A stretch of 57,109 nucleotides of DNA, counting the filler, from Dugesia japonica (lineage: Eukaryota), in assembly GCA_001938525.1 (NCBI GenBank). It is 5 parts of 5 records of this genome, joined end to end, with 100 filler letters (N's around TTAATTAATTAA, not from the genome) between each part and the next. Parts side by side here need not be neighbours in the genome. Positions count along the whole stretch, not along the records: positions 48,826 to 57,109 come from MQRL01587631.1; 4 more parts are not named here. One strand, 5' to 3'. The notes below the pieces were generated by a model. The model was not told the origin of the DNA. It worked only from the letters and a program-made list of their open reading frames with translations, and ran no database searches. Both the position numbers and the translations under genes were made by a program. Below are positions 53,101 through 57,109 of this stretch, piece after piece. Numbering within the stretch: the first letter of the stretch is position 1; each line of letters opens with the position of its first letter.

Positions 53101-53660
53101 TCTGATTCAATATTGATTGCATCTTCTTCTTGTACAATATTTAGTGTTTCTTCTTCCGGTTGCAAATTGATGATTTCTTTAACATATTCAATTACTTTAA
53201 CATGTTCATCCTTGATTGTTATTTCTTGAATAAAAATCATTTCAATAGGCTCATCTTTGATTATCATTTCTTCAACGTCATACTCAATAACAATCGCTTT
53301 AATAGGCTCATCCTTGATTATTATTTCTTTAACATCATCTTCAATAACAATTATTTCAACTGGTTCATTCTTAACTGTTATTTCTTCTATCTTATTTATC
53401 TTATTTACTGATGCTTCATAAAATTTACTATCCATTTGTCTATCTAATATTGATTTTAAAATAATTTATTTTCTTTTTACTAAAACAAGTCAAGTGTTTC
53501 TTATCTGTTCTATATAACTTAAGTAGTCACCTAAGCCTAAAACCTTACAATTAGGACACACAAAATAATTTTTTCCATAAAACCGTTGGCCATAGTATCC
53601 TTCCATGATACTATGTCAGTCACCATTGTGATTCACACTTGCGCAATGGTTGTATAATTT
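50130..53660 (-). pseudogene. Maverick protein-primed DNA polymerase B with N-terminal Cys/His domain and acidic linker
   Basis: RSELGSSW, IYANFES, RDHEHFTGKYRGAACNKCNL, PVVFHNF, FIDSYQF, KGIFPY, GISGGL, YIDINNLYGWALSQRLP, TVLDLSK. C-terminus missing. Confidence 0.93.
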
Positions 53661-54389
53661 TCAATGTTCTTAAATAATTTAATAATAATATAATAATTTT
53701 AATAATCACATAATGATTTTAATAACATTTTTTTCTTTATAAAATATATTAGCTATGATACTTTTCCATAAAAAAAATATAAGAGTGGTAATTTTTAAGA
53801 AAAGAAAATCTCATTAGTGTTGCAATTTTAAGTAAAAGATCTCATTACCAATGCAATTTTAAATACAAAATATCATTGACGATGCAATTTTCCAAAATAA
53901 AACATATTGGTGGTGCAATTTTCTTAGAAAAATGATAAAAGCATAGAACCTTTTCATTTTATAAAAACAGAGCATTTCTTCATAACATAGAGCATTTCTT
54001 CATAATATCGTAGCATGAAACATACCATAATTGTTTTTCATAATAATTTTTTTAATAAAATTTAGCTTAAAAAAAAATTATTATTAAAATTTAACTTATA
54101 AAACAAATATTTAAAAACATAATAAAATCAAAAAACTAACGTGAATCTCCATTCACGATCATCTGAGATCCTTCACTTCAGTGTCTCATTTCTCAAAATT
54201 CTAAATTACATAATTAATTTATTAATAATAAATAATAACAATCTTACAGCATTCATAGTTTAAATAAATCTTCTTCCATCTTGTTTATATGAATTCATGA
54301 TAAATCAAAAAAAAAAAGTTAATATTGTTAATAATAATAATAAATAACTTTAAGCTCTCTTGAATTGTTCACTAGTTTTGTTTTTCTAG

Positions 54390-54725
54390 TTTTTCAACCA
54401 TAATAAACAGTGTTGACCATCAGTAGTTGTAAATGGATCTTGAAATTGGATTTAATTGTAAACTATTGGTTTAGATATTTTCGATAAGTGTGACAACAAC
54501 ATTGATGGATAACAAAGTGCTAATGGATCGAATACTAATATTTAAGCAGGTTGATTGTAAACAGTTATCCAATTTTCTCCATCTAGATTTGATGTATGAG
54601 TATTGACAATTAAAGCATGGTTTACTGGAATATATTTTGGAAGTTTATCTAACTCATAAACACCTAACCATGCTGATCCAAGCCACTTTGATGCAATCCG
54701 ATCAATCTGAATAGTACTATTAAAA
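54390..54725 (-). pseudogene. Adenain-like cysteine protease of Maverick
   Basis: WLGVY..DKLP...IVNTHTSNLDGENW...FDPL...QFQ...DGQHC. The catalytic His and Cys positions are substituted and there are internal stops. Confidence 0.85.
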
Positions 54726-54786
54726 TAAAAATCATTAATGTAATAACACTTACTTCACAACATGTACCAATTACACAACATATTGT

Positions 54787-56002
54787 TTACACTAATACTT
54801 TTTCGTTTTCTTTAGTCTGAATTTCTTTTTCAAATACTTCATACATTATAACATATGCCGATGTTGCTAAAGTTTTGGCAAACTTGATTTCCAATCTCAA
54901 ACTTTCTTGTTGAAGTAATTGACTCTGATTTATATCAAAATCTGGAGCAAGAACAAATGTAAAGAAATGATAAATATCATTAAAATTTTGAAGTGTTATT
55001 CTACAATTCATATTATTATCCAAATATCCCATATTTCGTACAATATAGATTGCATATATGCTGTGGCAAAATTATCGTTTGTAAAATCTTGAGTATATAT
55101 TTCTCGATAATCAGTGTTTTTTGTCAAGGAAACGGAAGCAGCATCTAGATTTTGAAATGCTGAATTCGAGCTTTTATAACTACCATTATATTGTTCTCCA
55201 CTTTAAAATGTAACTAAAATAAAGCTAGGTAATCGACGATCACCAAAGATTTGTTCCTTATAAAACGATGAACTATCTTTACTGATTACAAATGTAACGA
55301 CTTCCTTGTTTCTTATTGGATAAACAGCATTTTTAGGCCCATTTGACGAGCAACGAGTACTGAGGGTTCAACTTGTGCACATCTAACCATTAATTTTGCA
55401 TCTAGTATTACATATTTAGGTTGATTGGCTACAGATTCCAAACAAATATCAGCATCTGTTTGTTTCAATCGAATATGAACATTGACACTTGAAATAAGGT
55501 ATTTCGATTGATCCATGAAATCGAGTTGCAAAGAACTACATAGAGATAATTCTTTTGATTTTGCAATATAATTTTTTCTATCTGCTTCTGATCCATATCC
55601 CATTACTGTAAGACATATAATTTAAATATCGCTATTATAATTAATTATAGTTTCAATCAATGCTTTGTGAAGATCCATTTCCACCTTCAATTTTGAAATT
55701 ATAAAACGAAAGTAATAGATCCTTTAAAAGCGTATACATCATATAATTACAAGAAACTACATCATGAGTGTCAGTCATATCAACCACCTTCACCTTAATA
55801 TACAATAAAGCATCATTCAAATCAAAATATTCTGTTTGAGATCCATTTATAAAAAACCTCTACAACACTTTGTGATTCAGAAATTGAATTCATAGGAAAG
55901 ACATCTTCAAAAGTACCACTTTCAATTACAGCTTGATGAGATGGTCAATCAAAAATACATAATTCAGTTTTACCGCAAATCATTTTTCATATATTGTTTC
56001 AT
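54787..56002 (-). pseudogene. Maverick major capsid protein (double jelly-roll)
   Basis: CGKTELCIFD.PSHQAVIESG, NGSQTEYFDL, LQLDFMDQSKYLISSVNVHIRL, RLPSF, FTFVLAPD...LRLEIKFAKTL. Confidence 0.88.
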
Positions 56003-56004
56003 GG

Positions 56005-56385
56005 CTACTCATTTGTTTGTTTATAAGTGATCCATGAGATCCATGTTAGCATATTAGTTATTTCAGATGGTATTTTATTAATTTTACTTTGCGGTAATAT
56101 GCTTGCTACTTTTGGAATCATACTGGTTACTCTGCTAGGTAATGATGACATAATATTTCTAAGTTCAGCTAATGCATTAGATTTCAATGTGGGTAATATT
56201 TTTCCGTCATTAGCTAGTACATCATGAGCTGTTTTCCTACCAAAATAACCAATACGTTTAAGAATTGGTAAAGCAAATCAACCTATTGTTCTCAACCAAC
56301 CAGATCAATACTGTTTTCGAAGAAAGTAAGGTAATTCTCCGCCTGCTTGACTAGTACTATACAATGAAAGAATATCAGGATTCAT
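56005..56385 (-). pseudogene. Maverick core-like protein (PM-type)
   Basis: MNPDILSLYSTSQAGGELPYFLRKQY*SGWLRTIG*FALPILKRIG...HDVL; QxGG and QxGxG motifs; lies between the minor and major capsid genes. Confidence 0.75.
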
Positions 56386-56596
56386 TATGTAGTTTTCTAA
56401 AATGTAAAGTTAAATAAGTTTTTGAATGTTTTGGAAACTTGATTAATTTTCCGTTATCATCGCGTATATTAATTTCTATATTATTGATACATGATGTTGC
56501 AATATGTAAATACATTGGATTCTCGACTATTATTTGTACTACTTCATCAGTTTCATGCTTTTCTATCCATACTGTTTTCAATAGAGGTACACTAAC
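56375..56596 (-). pseudogene. Maverick minor capsid (penton/PX) C-terminal part
   Basis: VPLLKTV...NPMYLHI...INNIEINIRDDNGKLIKF...YLTLHFRK; the 5' part is replaced by an insertion. Confidence 0.85.
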
Positions 56597-57109
56597 AGTA
56601 GGGGGATAGTAGCGCACTGCGGCAATTTTTTTAAAGCAGTTATCGAGGGGGACCCCCCCCCGCCCCCCGGGGGGGCTCGGAAACACATTACGTCGAGCTG
56701 CGTTTTTTAATCGATAATTATTGATCTGATTGATTATTGATTTTTGATCTGATTGATTATTGATCTGATTGATTATTGATCTGATTGATTATTGATCTGA
56801 TTGATTATTGATTTTTGATCGGAAAATTTTTTTTTGATCGGATCAGACTTTCTTTGATCGAAAAAATTTTTTTTCATCGGATCATTTTTTTTGGGTTATT
56901 TAAAAAAAAATATTTTTGGCTGGAAATTCAAAAAAAAAATTTTTTGGCGGGAAATTAAAAGTTTTTTATTTCAATTGAGGAAAATCTTTTTAATATAAAT
57001 AAATTTAATTAAATTAAATTAATTTATTTTGCAAGAGACGAGGGGAGTCTCTATATTTATGTATGAGATGGGGCAGTCTTGATATTTTTTTAAGATAATA
57101 TTACAAGAT
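56597..57109 (+). mobile_element. Maverick/Polinton-type terminal region inserted in the minor capsid gene
   Basis: AGTAGGGGGATAGTAGCGCA, G/C homopolymer runs, 16-bp TTATTGATCTGATTGA tandem array (~56717-56815), TTGGCGGGAAATT. Confidence 0.65.

Larger units (their letters stand above)
50126..56596 (-). mobile_element. Maverick/Polinton internal segment (copy 2), decayed
   Basis: Co-oriented minor capsid, core protein, major capsid, protease and pPolB remnants. Confidence 0.93.

Noticed and set aside
56005-56385. TGA recoding or an alternative genetic code in Maverick genes
   Set aside because: The same elements carry frameshifts and TAA/TAG stops, and EF1A and PTDSS2 read normally. Ordinary decay explains it.
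56597-56686. N-terminus (MFPSPPGGRGG...) of the 103-aa ORF
   Set aside because: It derives from the inserted terminus and is fused to the minor capsid frame by chance.

Overview
AT-rich eukaryotic (metazoan) nuclear DNA. The extended EF1A insertion ([17 protein letters not shown]) and 39-61 nt introns suggest a triclad flatworm, but that is inference. The window is five blocks joined by artificial 100-nt spacers (44N-TTAATTAATTAA-44N), so adjacency across them is unproven. Host genes: an intact 3-exon EF1A (13221-14695 +), the first four coding exons of a PTDSS2-like phosphatidylserine synthase (36499-26956 -, absent from the ORF track) and an orphan gene of at least seven symmetric phase-1 exons (21755-17231 -). 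The rest is mostly decayed, nested mobile DNA: two Maverick/Polinton coding remnants (pPolB; pPolB plus protease, major capsid, core protein and minor capsid), six AGTAG-type termini, Ty3/Gypsy elements of at least three families, hAT, maT, pogo/Tigger and Helitron pieces, foldback-like palindromes, and Penelope-type inverted repeats with minimal hammerhead motifs. Best leads: a SUMO-site/SIM array and a conserved Cys/His domain ahead of the Maverick polymerase, the symmetric-exon orphan gene, E2F-CHR motifs in Maverick ends, Maverick-into-Maverick nesting, and palindromic hammerhead units.
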